Source: an uncultured Candidatus Saccharibacteria bacterium
Lineage (GTDB): Bacteria; Patescibacteriota; Minisyncoccia; Phycocordibacterales; UBA9973
NCBI GenBank assembly: GCA_964606285.1
Contig: CAZSFP010000002.1
Location: forward strand, 109,890 to 166,506
DNA: 56,617 bases
Direction of reading: 5' to 3'
Shown here: positions 17,770 through 27,445 of the stretch, piece by piece
Position numbering within the stretch: the first letter of the stretch is position 1
Layout of the letters: every line of letters starts with the position of its first letter
Position numbers and translations under genes: made by a program
The notes under the pieces: generated by a model
Told to the model about the DNA's origin: nothing
The model's database searches: none
The model's input: the letters and a program-made list of their open reading frames with translations, nothing else

Positions 17770-17775
17770 AGTATA
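17770..17775 (-). promoter_or_regulatory. -10 box TATACT, 7 nt upstream of ATG 17762
   Basis: Minus strand reads GGATATACT-gaatcgt-ATG. Confidence 0.4.
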
Positions 17776-17869
17776 TCCTAAAATTTCCTTGTTCCAAACA
17801 GAATATCTCTATGTAAATATTATATGCTATACTTTTTGTATTAACTGATAATTATTTTTTTATATTTCT

Positions 17870-18229
17870 ATGATTTACATTTTTTATGTTAGTCGTATTT
17901 TGTTCGGAGGGTATTTTATTTACAATGCCTTCAATCATTTGCTCAATGGAAAATCTATGGCTGCATACGCTGCCTCAAAAGGTGTCCCAATGCCGAAAGT
18001 TATGATTTTTATTTCTGGACTTCTCCTTCTTTTTGGTGGCGCGGGAATTCTTGTCGGGTTTTATGTACCATTTGCAGTTGCTGCACTTGTTCTCTTTCTC
18101 ATTCCGGTTACGTTTATGATGCATGATTTCTGGAAAGAAAAAGATCCGATGATGAAAATGACACAGCAAATCATGTTCACAAAGAATTTGGCACTTCTCG
18201 GCGGAGCTCTCGCGTTTCTCTTTATCTAA
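17870..18229 (+). CDS. DoxX family membrane protein
   Basis: 119 aa. ...RILFGGYFIYNAFNHL... and overall DoxX-like 4-TM layout. Confidence 0.75.
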   Translation: MIYIFYVSRILFGGYFIYNAFNHLLNGKSMAAYAASKGVPMPKVMIFISGLLLLFGGAGILVGFYVPFAVAALVLFLIPVTFMMHDFWKEKDPMMKMTQQIMFTKNLALLGGALAFLFI

Positions 18230-18232
18230 CAC

Positions 18233-18841
18233 ATGGAAACGCAAACGCTAATCGAACATCTCGGAGCGTTTTCGTATCTCGGTATTTTCGGTGTGTCGAT
18301 GATCGCCAATATTGCCATCGTTCTGCCAGAAGAAATAATTCTTCTGGCAATCGGCTATGTTGTTGGTACGGGTGTTGTTAATGGTTTCATCGTTGTGCCG
18401 ATCGTGATGCTTGGACTCTTGATAACCGACACAGCTCTCTATACTCTCTCAAAGAGGAGAAATAGACTCATTATGTTTTTTTATGACAAATTTTTTGCAT
18501 GGCGCGTAAAAAATTACATTCATTGGCTCAAGCGGCATATTTATAAAGTCATTTTCTTTTCACGATTCATGGTCCAACTGCGCTTCATGGGTCCGTTTTT
18601 TGCTGGACAACTCAAAATACCTCGAAGAAAATTTATCCTCTATGAAGTATTTGCACTTGCGATTTACGTACCGTTGCTCGTCTGGGCTGGGGCGTATTTT
18701 AGAAATCGCATAGAGCGTATTACTGATGGTATACGAACCGCACATAACCTTATTCTTATCGGTCTCGGCACTATTATTCTCTTTGTTTTTTTGAAGTTTT
18801 TGCGAAATCTCATACTGAAAAGTTTTAAAAAAGAAGCATAA
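18233..18841 (+). CDS. DedA/VTT (SNARE-associated) family membrane protein
   Basis: 202 aa. ...FFSRFMVQLRFMGPFFAGQLKIPRRKF... resembles the conserved DedA loop. Confidence 0.75.
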   Translation: METQTLIEHLGAFSYLGIFGVSMIANIAIVLPEEIILLAIGYVVGTGVVNGFIVVPIVMLGLLITDTALYTLSKRRNRLIMFFYDKFFAWRVKNYIHWLKRHIYKVIFFSRFMVQLRFMGPFFAGQLKIPRRKFILYEVFALAIYVPLLVWAGAYFRNRIERITDGIRTAHNLILIGLGTIILFVFLKFLRNLILKSFKKEA

Positions 18842-18897
18842 TTTTTGGTGTACAAATGTCTTTTTCGAGTGTATACTGATCCGGTACATATTCATAT

Positions 18898-19833
18898 ATG
18901 CTATCTATTATCGTCCCTGTATTTAATGAAGAAGAAAATATAGAAAAACTTCATCACGAAGTTCTTGTTGTGCTGCACAAACTTGCTCAATCATTTGAAA
19001 TCATTTTTGTCGACGATGGAAGTAGTGATCATTCTTGGAAAAAGATTGAACAAGTATCTGCAAAAAATATAAATACAAAAGGTATTCGTCTCAGAAAAAA
19101 TTATGGAAAATCTGCGGCGCTTCAGACCGGCTTTGATGTCGTCGGAGGAGATGTTGTTATCACCATAGATGCGGACCTTCAGGATTTTCCGAGTGAAATA
19201 CCCGATTTGTACAAGATGATTGTCGAAGATGAATATGATCTCGTGTCTGGTTGGAAGAAAAAACGGTTTGATCCGGTAAGTAAAACTATTCCCACAAAAC
19301 TATACAATTGGGCAACAAGAAAAATGTCTGGAATAGAGCTTCATGATTTCAACTGTGGATTAAAGGCATACAAAAAAGAAGTGGTAAAAAATATTGATGT
19401 CTATGGGGAGATGCACCGCTATATTCCGATACTCGCGCATTGGGCGGGATTCACTAAAATCGGCGAAAAAATAGTGCAACATCAGAAACGGCAAAACGGT
19501 AAAACCAAGTTTGGTCCGGAACGATTCATGCATGGATTCCTCGATCTCATGTCTATCGGATTCATGACAAAGTTCGGTAAGCGCCCAATGCATCTGTTTG
19601 GTATGATAGGAAGCTTTCTCGCGGTTGTCGGTATGGTGATAGCAACTCGATTGATTTATCTCAAAATAGTGTTTGGGGTTGTTGGTATGACCACTCGACC
19701 ACTCTTTTATTTTGGTCTCCTTGCAATTATTGTCGGTGTACAGTTATTTCTCGCTGGTTTTATTTCAGAACTTATCGTCCGCCATTCTCCAGAAAAAAAT
19801 AAATATCAAATTCGAAACACAGTCGGGTTATAA
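18898..19833 (+). CDS. GT2 polyprenyl-phosphate glycosyltransferase (ArnC/GtrB/CsbB-like)
   Basis: LSIIVPVFNEEENI..., FVDDGSSDHS, DADLQD, plus two C-terminal TM helices, as in the GtrB/ArnC class. Confidence 0.88.
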   Translation: MLSIIVPVFNEEENIEKLHHEVLVVLHKLAQSFEIIFVDDGSSDHSWKKIEQVSAKNINTKGIRLRKNYGKSAALQTGFDVVGGDVVITIDADLQDFPSEIPDLYKMIVEDEYDLVSGWKKKRFDPVSKTIPTKLYNWATRKMSGIELHDFNCGLKAYKKEVVKNIDVYGEMHRYIPILAHWAGFTKIGEKIVQHQKRQNGKTKFGPERFMHGFLDLMSIGFMTKFGKRPMHLFGMIGSFLAVVGMVIATRLIYLKIVFGVVGMTTRPLFYFGLLAIIVGVQLFLAGFISELIVRHSPEKNKYQIRNTVGL

Positions 19834-21381
19834 TCCAAAACCATACACAACTATGACGTCATTGGTAGTACTTTTTTCATAATAGACTGGAATGATGCGC
19901 GGGTGTTCAATGATATAGGTAAATGTGTCTTTTAATCGTCTTTTTGCCATAGAATCTAGGATGATATAACCACTTTTTGTCATAAGAATTTTTTCGAATG
20001 CCTCCTGATCAGCAATGATGGGGGCACCGGTATAATAATCACCTCCGTTGATATTACTTGCAATAACTTCTTCACTGCGACCATTGAGGCTGATTGGAAG
20101 CCATAAGCCTCTATCTTCTAAATAAATTTTTGACAATTGGGTATAGGGTGAAATAACAACATCACCTTCTTTTCGTAATTTTTTTATGGCGTTATAGCCA
20201 ATTTTGAAATTTGGCTGTGGTGAACCGATTTCCAAATTATAGATTGTACGGGGAATAAGCGTGATCGTCGGTATTGATAACAGTATGATGACACCACAGT
20301 ACAAGACTACTTGATAGAATTCTTTTGTATATTGAGGTTTTATCGTCAAAAGATAGATACTATAACAACCAATGATAATAAGGAATGGGAAAATAGGGAG
20401 AATATAACGCATTTGCAGATTTTGACTGTATAGAAGAACAATAATCATTGGTGGGAGGGCAATGCTGACGAGATAGAGTGCCCGCCAAAATCTGTTTTTA
20501 AATAAAAATAATCCAATAATGATTGTGATTGCTGCGATTGAAATATATTTCAAATCACCAAAAAGAAAAGATAAGTATCTTTCAGAGTATGAATAAGTGG
20601 TTATGGTCGGGAGAATACGAAGTGCAATCCATATACCAATACCACCCAAAACAAAAAATAAGCCCACAGTTATTGGTGATATCCATTCCCGTAATTTATT
20701 GTGGACAATGCCGTGGATAAAAAAAATAAAGAAAAAAGATGGAAGAAATATAAGTGCTACAGCATGAGAGAGATATGAACAGCCGAAGAAAACTAGTGTC
20801 CAGATTGCTGTAGATAGTTTCTTTGTATCAAGCCAGTCATAAAAGAACATGAATGCCATGATGATGAAAAATTGCATGTCGGTATAGCCGCGGGCTTGGC
20901 GTGACCAACTGATCTCCCAATATGAGAATGCAATAATAAAACTTACAGTAAGAGCCGTTAATTTGTTTTTTGTTACTCGAAATGTAAAAAAATATACAGC
21001 GAGAATAGAAAAAATTCCAAAGAGTGCGGCGGGTAATCGTGCAGACCATGGATTGTATGCATCAAATCCAAATAATTTTATTGATAGAGCAGTGAAATAA
21101 TTGTGTAAAATGTGCACAGGGTATGTCGCCCCTGAGTCAAGTATCGGATATCCGTGATCGAGAATGCCTTGTGTTGCATTGATTGTGTATCCTTCATCGA
21201 TCCACAGTGATTGAACACCTAAATTGTGTAATCGCAAAAATCCACCCCAGAATACAAAAATTCCGAGAATGAGTACGACACCCCAATTATTTTTTAGAAA
21301 TGTCACAGCGTTGAGTATCACTCTTATAGTATAGCAATGTATGGTATAAATAAGAATATTTGTATGACCGAACAAAAGCAA
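19828..21381 (-). CDS. GT-C fold glycosyltransferase (ArnT/PMT, GT39/GT83-like)
   Basis: Polytopic, ~12 TM, with ...LWIDEGYT... in the first loop. The track start overlaps the divergent gene; GTG 21306 is a plausible alternative start. Confidence 0.8.
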   Translation of the reverse strand: MLLFGHTNILIYTIHCYTIRVILNAVTFLKNNWGVVLILGIFVFWGGFLRLHNLGVQSLWIDEGYTINATQGILDHGYPILDSGATYPVHILHNYFTALSIKLFGFDAYNPWSARLPAALFGIFSILAVYFFTFRVTKNKLTALTVSFIIAFSYWEISWSRQARGYTDMQFFIIMAFMFFYDWLDTKKLSTAIWTLVFFGCSYLSHAVALIFLPSFFFIFFIHGIVHNKLREWISPITVGLFFVLGGIGIWIALRILPTITTYSYSERYLSFLFGDLKYISIAAITIIIGLFLFKNRFWRALYLVSIALPPMIIVLLYSQNLQMRYILPIFPFLIIIGCYSIYLLTIKPQYTKEFYQVVLYCGVIILLSIPTITLIPRTIYNLEIGSPQPNFKIGYNAIKKLRKEGDVVISPYTQLSKIYLEDRGLWLPISLNGRSEEVIASNINGGDYYTGAPIIADQEAFEKILMTKSGYIILDSMAKRRLKDTFTYIIEHPRIIPVYYEKSTTNDVIVVYGFGL

Positions 21382-22506
21382 AAAATCCTTATAATTAATT
21401 ATCTTTTTCCTCCACTCGGTGGTGGTGGTGGTGTTGCATCATATACAATTGCAAAAGGATTTATTAAAGCAGGATATGATGTTGATTATATAACGACTCA
21501 AATCAACAGCCTTCCTGCTCACGAAATTATTGATGGAATTTCTGTGTATCGAGTTTCAATATGGGGAACTCGTGCGACATTTCCAGCGAGTATGGTATCA
21601 CTCATATTGTTTCCAATAGTTTCATTGTGGAAAGGATTACAATTGTGTTTCAAAAATAAGTATTCATATATCAATAGTCATTTTGTTTTGCCTGCCGGAC
21701 CGCTCGGGTTTGTTTTGTCAAAATTGTTCAGCATTCCGCATATCATGTCTATTCATGGCGGCGATATATATGATCCGACACGTAAGCGTTCACCACACCA
21801 GTATTGGATTCCTCGAAAGATTATCAGATTTCTTCTCAATCATGCCGATAGTGTGGTGGCCCAATCTTCAAATACAAAGGAAAATTGCATGAGGTATTAT
21901 AAGCCACAGAGGGAAATAAAAATCATCTCGTTGCCGTATGATATTGTTCCTTTTAAACATACAGACAAGAAAAATCTGGGTTTGCACGAAGAAAAAAAAT
22001 ACATCATTGGCGTAGGTATGCTCGTCAAAAGAAAAGCGTTTGATATTTTTATTAGAGCACTTGCCAAACTCGATGATTCTGTTGAGGGAATTATTTTGGG
22101 TGATGGCCCTGAGCTTCCATATTTGCAATCTTTGGCCCGAGAGCTCGGTGTTTTACCAAGAATTCATTTTGTCGGGCGTGTGCAAGGCGAGAAAAAATTC
22201 CAGTATCTTTCATGTTCGGATGTATTTGTCTTGTCTTCCGTACACGAAGGTTTCGGAATCGTGCTTCAGGAGGCCATGCAGGTCGGCCTTCCGATCGTTG
22301 CGACCAATAACGGAGGGCAGACTGATTTTGTCATTGACGGCAAGAACGGATTTCTCGTTTCTCCCGAAGATGCTGGGGCAATTACTGATAAAATAAATAT
22401 AATCTTATCTTCACAAGAAATTATTACTTCTATGAAATCAAGTAATTTAGAGGCAATAAAAAAATTCAGTTCTGAAAACATCATTTCTCAACTGCTTCAT
22501 ATATGA
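21364..22506 (+). CDS. GT4 (GT-B fold) glycosyltransferase
   Basis: I prefer ATG 21364 (MTEQKQKILIINY...). ...EGFGIVLQEAMQVGLPIVATNNGGQTDFVIDGKNGFL... is the E-x7-E region. Confidence 0.9.
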   Translation: MTEQKQKILIINYLFPPLGGGGGVASYTIAKGFIKAGYDVDYITTQINSLPAHEIIDGISVYRVSIWGTRATFPASMVSLILFPIVSLWKGLQLCFKNKYSYINSHFVLPAGPLGFVLSKLFSIPHIMSIHGGDIYDPTRKRSPHQYWIPRKIIRFLLNHADSVVAQSSNTKENCMRYYKPQREIKIISLPYDIVPFKHTDKKNLGLHEEKKYIIGVGMLVKRKAFDIFIRALAKLDDSVEGIILGDGPELPYLQSLARELGVLPRIHFVGRVQGEKKFQYLSCSDVFVLSSVHEGFGIVLQEAMQVGLPIVATNNGGQTDFVIDGKNGFLVSPEDAGAITDKINIILSSQEIITSMKSSNLEAIKKFSSENIISQLLHI

Positions 22507-23546
22507 ATAAAAAAGTTGCCATCATTATCGTTAATTGGAACGGTCTCCAATTTTTAGAAAACTGCTTACGTGCAGTATATTCTCAAACGTATGCAAATTT
22601 TGATGTCTACTTTGTTGATAATGGTTCTCTAGATGAATCAGTCTCTTTTGTAAAGAAAAATTTTTCTCGTGCGGATATTATTCAACTTAAAAAGAACACC
22701 GGATTTTCATATGCGAACAATGTTGGAATTTTAAAGGCTTTTTGTGATCGTGATGTGCGGTATGTTTTGACACTTAACAATGATACAAAAATTACTCCGG
22801 ACTGCTTATCATTGCTTGTTACTGCAATTGAACAAGAAGAAAAAAGAGGATCTGTTTCTCCGAAAATAAAATATTTTCATGATGAGCAAATCATTGACAG
22901 TATTGGTATGTTGATCAGTCGGGATGGTGGCGGTATCAGCAGAGGATACAGGGAAAGAGATCATGGGCAATATGATGTGCCCGCAGAAATTTTTGGTGCA
23001 AGTGCTGGTGCGGCATTGTACCGCCGAGAAGCGCTTGAGGACATACGGTACAAGAAAGAATTTTTTGATAATTCTTTTTTTGCCTATTACGAAGATCTTG
23101 ATCTCGCATGGCGGCTGCGGCTACGTGGATGGACGTCGTGGTCTGTTCCTGATGCGACTGTGTTACATGTCCATTCAGGAACAAGTATCAGTTATTCGCC
23201 GTTTAAGGCCTATCATGTCAACAGAAATCGATTTTTTCTAATCATTAAAGATTTTCCAATCATGTATTTGCTCGGTGCACTTCTGACAACCCCATACCGC
23301 TATTTTAGATTGCTCAATAGTATGATTTTCAGAAAGAGTGGACCGAGTTACGAACTCAAGAAAAAAACGTCAATTCTAGCCCCGTTTTTTATAGTGATCA
23401 AGGGTTGGTGTAGTGTCATGCTCCATGTACCTTCCTTACTTGTTAAACGATATGTTATTCAATCTCGAAAAAAGATTACTCGCTCTGAAATAAAAGTTTT
23501 ATTTGATGTATACGGAGCAGTCATGGAAGATATGATTTATAAATAA
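22503..23546 (+). CDS. GT2 glycosyltransferase (rhamnosyltransferase-like)
   Basis: VAIIIVNWNG..., VDNGSLDES. Its start overlaps the upstream stop (ATGA). Confidence 0.9.
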   Translation: MNKKVAIIIVNWNGLQFLENCLRAVYSQTYANFDVYFVDNGSLDESVSFVKKNFSRADIIQLKKNTGFSYANNVGILKAFCDRDVRYVLTLNNDTKITPDCLSLLVTAIEQEEKRGSVSPKIKYFHDEQIIDSIGMLISRDGGGISRGYRERDHGQYDVPAEIFGASAGAALYRREALEDIRYKKEFFDNSFFAYYEDLDLAWRLRLRGWTSWSVPDATVLHVHSGTSISYSPFKAYHVNRNRFFLIIKDFPIMYLLGALLTTPYRYFRLLNSMIFRKSGPSYELKKKTSILAPFFIVIKGWCSVMLHVPSLLVKRYVIQSRKKITRSEIKVLFDVYGAVMEDMIYK

Positions 23547-23572
23547 AATTATCTTTAGTTGGTTCTTGTAAG

Positions 23573-23896
23573 TCAGTTATGAGGAATTCGTGTGTCTTTG
23601 ATCGCAATATACCGTGCAAGTTTTGTGATGTCTTGGCTCTGATTTTGAGAATTTTTGATGATAAAAAACATCCCATTCATAATTGTGATCATAAATAATA
23701 TAAGTATAAAATCAAGACCGCGGCCAATGCCGAAAAAATTAGCAACAACTGTTGTAGTATCAGGATTCCATACAAAAAATATAGCGATGATGTATATGAG
23801 AAGCAATGTAAAACGGATCACTGTCGTACGGGTAAATACGACGCTATAGAGTGCCATAAAGATAAAAACAATAGTTAGAAAGAGAGAGAAGATCAT
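23573..23896 (-). CDS. DUF2304-like small membrane protein
   Basis: 107 aa, 4 TM. ...FFGIGRGLDFILILF... and C-terminal ...ITKLARYIAIK... It is translationally coupled (ATGA overlap) to the upstream 230-aa GT2, the usual DUF2304 context. Confidence 0.55.
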   Translation of the reverse strand: MIFSLFLTIVFIFMALYSVVFTRTTVIRFTLLLIYIIAIFFVWNPDTTTVVANFFGIGRGLDFILILFMITIMNGMFFIIKNSQNQSQDITKLARYIAIKDTRIPHN

Positions 23897-24585
23897 TTTG
23901 AAATGTATTTCATTGTTAATTCTAGTAATATTCGCAATGCGTTTGAACTTTTTTGTCCTTTGTGTACTGAATATTCCGTATAACTTATTGTGACCGGGAA
24001 TTCGATGAACGGAGTCTGAGTCTTTGCTATGTAATACAGTATTTCTGATGCGTGAGCCATGCGGTTTTGGGTAAATTTGAACATACTACAAAACTCGCGG
24101 GTCATAATTCGGAAGCCGTTATGAACATCGGTTAACTCGAGGCCGCCCGTGGTAATACGAGTAAAAAGGAGTGATGTTTTGAGAATCCATCTGCGTTGCC
24201 ATGACATATGGAGTGTCTTCCCGAGAAATCGGCTGCCGAGTGCGACCATTGCTCCGTTTTCATTTAGTGCGTGAAGCATTGGAAGTATTTCTTTTTCATT
24301 ATGTTGCCCGTCTGCGTCAAAAGTAACAACATAGTCACATTTCTTTTCTAGTGCATATTCGATTCCAGTCTGAAGCGCGGCTCCTTGTCCGAGGTTGAGT
24401 GGGTGCCGGAGTACATGTGCTCCGGCAACGAACGCCTTTTCTGATGTTTTATCGGGTGAACAATCGTCAACGACAACAATATTTGGAACATGAACAAGTA
24501 CATTTCGAATGGTTTCCGCAATTACTTGTTCCTCGGCATATGCAGGAATAACAACCCATATTTTTGTTGTGTCTAGTGGTTTCAT
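23893..24585 (-). CDS. GT2 glycosyltransferase (Dpm1/polyprenyl-phosphate sugar synthase-like, soluble)
   Basis: VVIPAYAEEQVI..., VVVDDCSPDKT, FDADGQH. Confidence 0.88.
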   Translation of the reverse strand: MKPLDTTKIWVVIPAYAEEQVIAETIRNVLVHVPNIVVVDDCSPDKTSEKAFVAGAHVLRHPLNLGQGAALQTGIEYALEKKCDYVVTFDADGQHNEKEILPMLHALNENGAMVALGSRFLGKTLHMSWQRRWILKTSLLFTRITTGGLELTDVHNGFRIMTREFCSMFKFTQNRMAHASEILYYIAKTQTPFIEFPVTISYTEYSVHKGQKSSNALRILLELTMKYISK

Positions 24586-24774
24586 TGTATGATCATCCTG
24601 ATTATACTCGTTTTACATATAAAATTCTAGGGGTTTTTGATATAACCAAAACAAGCTCATGGAATTTTTTACTAAATTCATTTTAGACACTTTGGTTATT
24701 TTTTGTTAAGATGGGGGTTACATGGGGTGTGTACTATTATCTGCAACCCTCAGGACTTTGGCATCAAAGGAACT

Positions 24775-25554
24775 ATGACACGAGATCATGAAAATTACAG
24801 AGAATTGATTTTTCGTCTTGCACGGACTGATTTTAAACTTCGATACCACGGATCAGTCTTGGGTTATATTTGGGCAATATTGAAACCACTTCTTCTTTTT
24901 ACGGTGCTTAATTTTGTATTTTCATCAGTATTTAATTTCAAAAATTCCGGCATGCCGCTCTATTCACTCGAACTCCTCACCGCACTTCTTCTATTTCAGT
25001 TTTTTTCAGAAGGAACGAATGCCGGTATGAACGCGTTGCTTTCAAAGGCACAGCTAGTGACAAAAATTTATGTCCCACGATGGACACTTGTTGTTTCTTC
25101 GACAATAAACTCACTATTTGTTTTCGGTATGAATCTCATTGTGTTGGTTTTGTTTTTTATCATCTATGACAAGATGCCAAGTATCGCAAGTATCGTCATG
25201 TTTTTTGTGTATATAGTATTTCTGTATATTATAATTCTTTCTTTTTCGTTTCTGACAGCACCCCTTTTCCTGCGATTCCGTGATCTTTCTATGGTATGGG
25301 AAGTTCTTTTGTCTGTTTTGATGTATGCGGCACCGATCGTCTATCCGCTCTCGATGATGCCTGAAAATATCCAAAGAATACTTCTCATAAATCCGGTAGG
25401 GTTCATCATACATTTTGCAAAGCAGGGCCTTATTGCAAATCATTTTGCATCATTGTCCCAAATTTTTTATTTTGTAATCGGTCTCACTGTCTTTGCAGCC
25501 GTGTCTTTGTATTTTTTCAATAAAAATGAAAAGAAAGTTGCGGAATATATATGA
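24775..25554 (+). CDS. wzm: ABC-2 type polysaccharide export permease (Wzm/TagG-like)
   Basis: I prefer ATG 24775 (MTRDHENYRELIFRLARTDFKLRYHGSVLGYIWAILKPLL..., the typical Wzm/TagG N-terminus). 6 TM. Overlaps the ATPase gene start. Confidence 0.85.
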   Translation: MTRDHENYRELIFRLARTDFKLRYHGSVLGYIWAILKPLLLFTVLNFVFSSVFNFKNSGMPLYSLELLTALLLFQFFSEGTNAGMNALLSKAQLVTKIYVPRWTLVVSSTINSLFVFGMNLIVLVLFFIIYDKMPSIASIVMFFVYIVFLYIIILSFSFLTAPLFLRFRDLSMVWEVLLSVLMYAAPIVYPLSMMPENIQRILLINPVGFIIHFAKQGLIANHFASLSQIFYFVIGLTVFAAVSLYFFNKNEKKVAEYI

Positions 25555-26840
25555 CAAAAAAAGAAACAAAAATTCCATCAGTTGCGATTTCTGTAAAAAA
25601 TGTTTCAAAAACATTTCTTGTTCCTCATGAGAAAATTTCAACATTAAAAGGAGTGTTTACGAATTTGTTTAAGAAGAATGATCATGATGCACTGCATGCT
25701 CTCAATGATGTATCATTTGAAATAAAAAAAGGAGAATTTTTTGGTATTATCGGCCGCAACGGCAGTGGTAAATCAACGTTGCTTAAAATCCTTGCCGGTG
25801 TGTATACCGCTGATACTGGAATTATTGAGATTAATGGTGCTGTCTCGCCATTTCTCGAATTGGGTATCGGATTTAATCCGGAACTGTCTGGGCGTGATAA
25901 TATCTATCTCAATGCAACCGTATTGGGAATGACAGAAAAGCAGATCGATGAAAAATTTGATTCCATCGTTGCATTCTCTGAACTTGAACGGTTTATTGAT
26001 CAAAAGCTCAAGAATTATTCATCGGGCATGCACGTACGATTGGCGTTTTCTGTTTCTATTCATGCAAACCGTGAAATTCTTCTCATGGACGAAGTGTTGG
26101 CTGTTGGCGATGCAAATTTTCAAAGTAAATGCTTCAATGAATTCAATAGATACCGCGAACTTGGACGGACGGTTGTTTTGGTAACACATGACATCAGTAC
26201 AGTTCAGCGATATTGCGATCGCGCAATGCTGCTTCGTGATGGTGCCATATTACATGTGGGAACAGCCGATGACGTGTGTAATGCTTATATTCATCAGAAT
26301 ATGACTGATGAAGAACAGCGGATGCTTGTGGAAGGAAAAAAGATAGAATCAAAAATAGCGCAACCCATTGAAACAGTTGCTGTTGATGGAGGGGAAAAAA
26401 TACAACATGAATCTGTTCCTGTCAAAAAAATGGTTGAAATAGTGAAACTCGAATTTTTAGATGCATATGGTACTATAACCAATGTCGTTAAGACTAACGA
26501 CCCAATCGAAATGAAAGTATCCTTTAAAGCGTCTGACATGATGAAAGATGATATAAATATTGGTCTGTCAATCGAATCTGGGGACGGTCATTATATATTT
26601 GGATACAACACGGAGATGGATGGGTATATACCAGATCTCAAAAAAAACTTTATAACACTTTCTTTTCCGCGATGGATATTGCTTAAAGGCGAGTATGCGG
26701 TGAATGTCACGATCGTGAGAAAACATGACAGTTTGCTTCTCGATTTTATACCCCGAGCAAAAAAATTCACTGTTTTTTCTGACGGTAAAGAAAATTTATA
26801 TAAAGGGCTTGTAAATTCTGATCATGCGTGGAAACAATAG
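25551..26840 (+). CDS. wzt: polysaccharide ABC exporter ATPase with C-terminal substrate-binding extension (Wzt/TagH-like)
   Basis: Walker A GRNGSGKST, signature YSSGM, Walker B LLMDEVLAVGD. An additional ~170-aa beta-rich C-terminal domain resembles Wzt_C. Confidence 0.9.
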   Translation: MTKKETKIPSVAISVKNVSKTFLVPHEKISTLKGVFTNLFKKNDHDALHALNDVSFEIKKGEFFGIIGRNGSGKSTLLKILAGVYTADTGIIEINGAVSPFLELGIGFNPELSGRDNIYLNATVLGMTEKQIDEKFDSIVAFSELERFIDQKLKNYSSGMHVRLAFSVSIHANREILLMDEVLAVGDANFQSKCFNEFNRYRELGRTVVLVTHDISTVQRYCDRAMLLRDGAILHVGTADDVCNAYIHQNMTDEEQRMLVEGKKIESKIAQPIETVAVDGGEKIQHESVPVKKMVEIVKLEFLDAYGTITNVVKTNDPIEMKVSFKASDMMKDDINIGLSIESGDGHYIFGYNTEMDGYIPDLKKNFITLSFPRWILLKGEYAVNVTIVRKHDSLLLDFIPRAKKFTVFSDGKENLYKGLVNSDHAWKQ

Positions 26841-27438
26841 TAGTATGAATTTAGAAGATCAAAATCGACATATTCCGTGGGTTGTTTATGATGCAAAAGA
26901 CTGGCTTGATTCATTTTTGAAAAAAGACATGCGTGTTTTTGAATGGGGTTCCGGCGGATCGACACTGTATTTTTGTAAAAGAGTGCAACAAGTGATTTCG
27001 ATTGAACACGCAAAAGAATGGTTTGATGAAGTTTCTGCCGTTTTACAATCCGAAAAGATAACCAATTGTAATTATTTTTTAGCTGAGCCGAAAAAAAATT
27101 CACTATTGCACTATCTTCCGTACAGTACATGGTTTTATAATTCAAAAACCTTTCCGGAATATCATAATGCTTCATTTCGAGCGTATGTCCGAAAAATTGA
27201 TGCGCACCCAGATCATTCATTGGATTTTGTTTTTGTTGATGGCAGGGCACGAATTTCTTGTATTATGCATGCCATTCGAAAGATAAAAAAAGGTGGCTAC
27301 CTCATGCTCGACAATTCAGAAAGAATTGCATACCAGTCAACAATGCGGAAACTTGATCAATTTCCGCGAATCGATTTTTTAGGACATGGGCCGTATTTGG
27401 AAGAAACATGGCAAACAACGATTTGGCAGATAACATAA
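26824..27438 (+). CDS. putative class I SAM-dependent methyltransferase
   Basis: ...VFEWGSGGSTLYF... (motif I-like) and ...LDFVFVDGRARISC...KKGGYLMLDNSER... An alternative start is ATG 26845. Confidence 0.5.
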   Translation: MRGNNSSMNLEDQNRHIPWVVYDAKDWLDSFLKKDMRVFEWGSGGSTLYFCKRVQQVISIEHAKEWFDEVSAVLQSEKITNCNYFLAEPKKNSLLHYLPYSTWFYNSKTFPEYHNASFRAYVRKIDAHPDHSLDFVFVDGRARISCIMHAIRKIKKGGYLMLDNSERIAYQSTMRKLDQFPRIDFLGHGPYLEETWQTTIWQIT

Positions 27439-27445
27439 CTTACAT

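Noticed and set aside
24586-24774. Long 5' region before wzm checked for RfaH-type ops/JUMPstart (GGCGGTAG) or a riboswitch
   Set aside because: No ops-like 8-mer is present. Only short 5-bp hairpins (GGGTT/AACCC, CTTTG/CAAAG) are visible, which is not enough to call a regulatory RNA.
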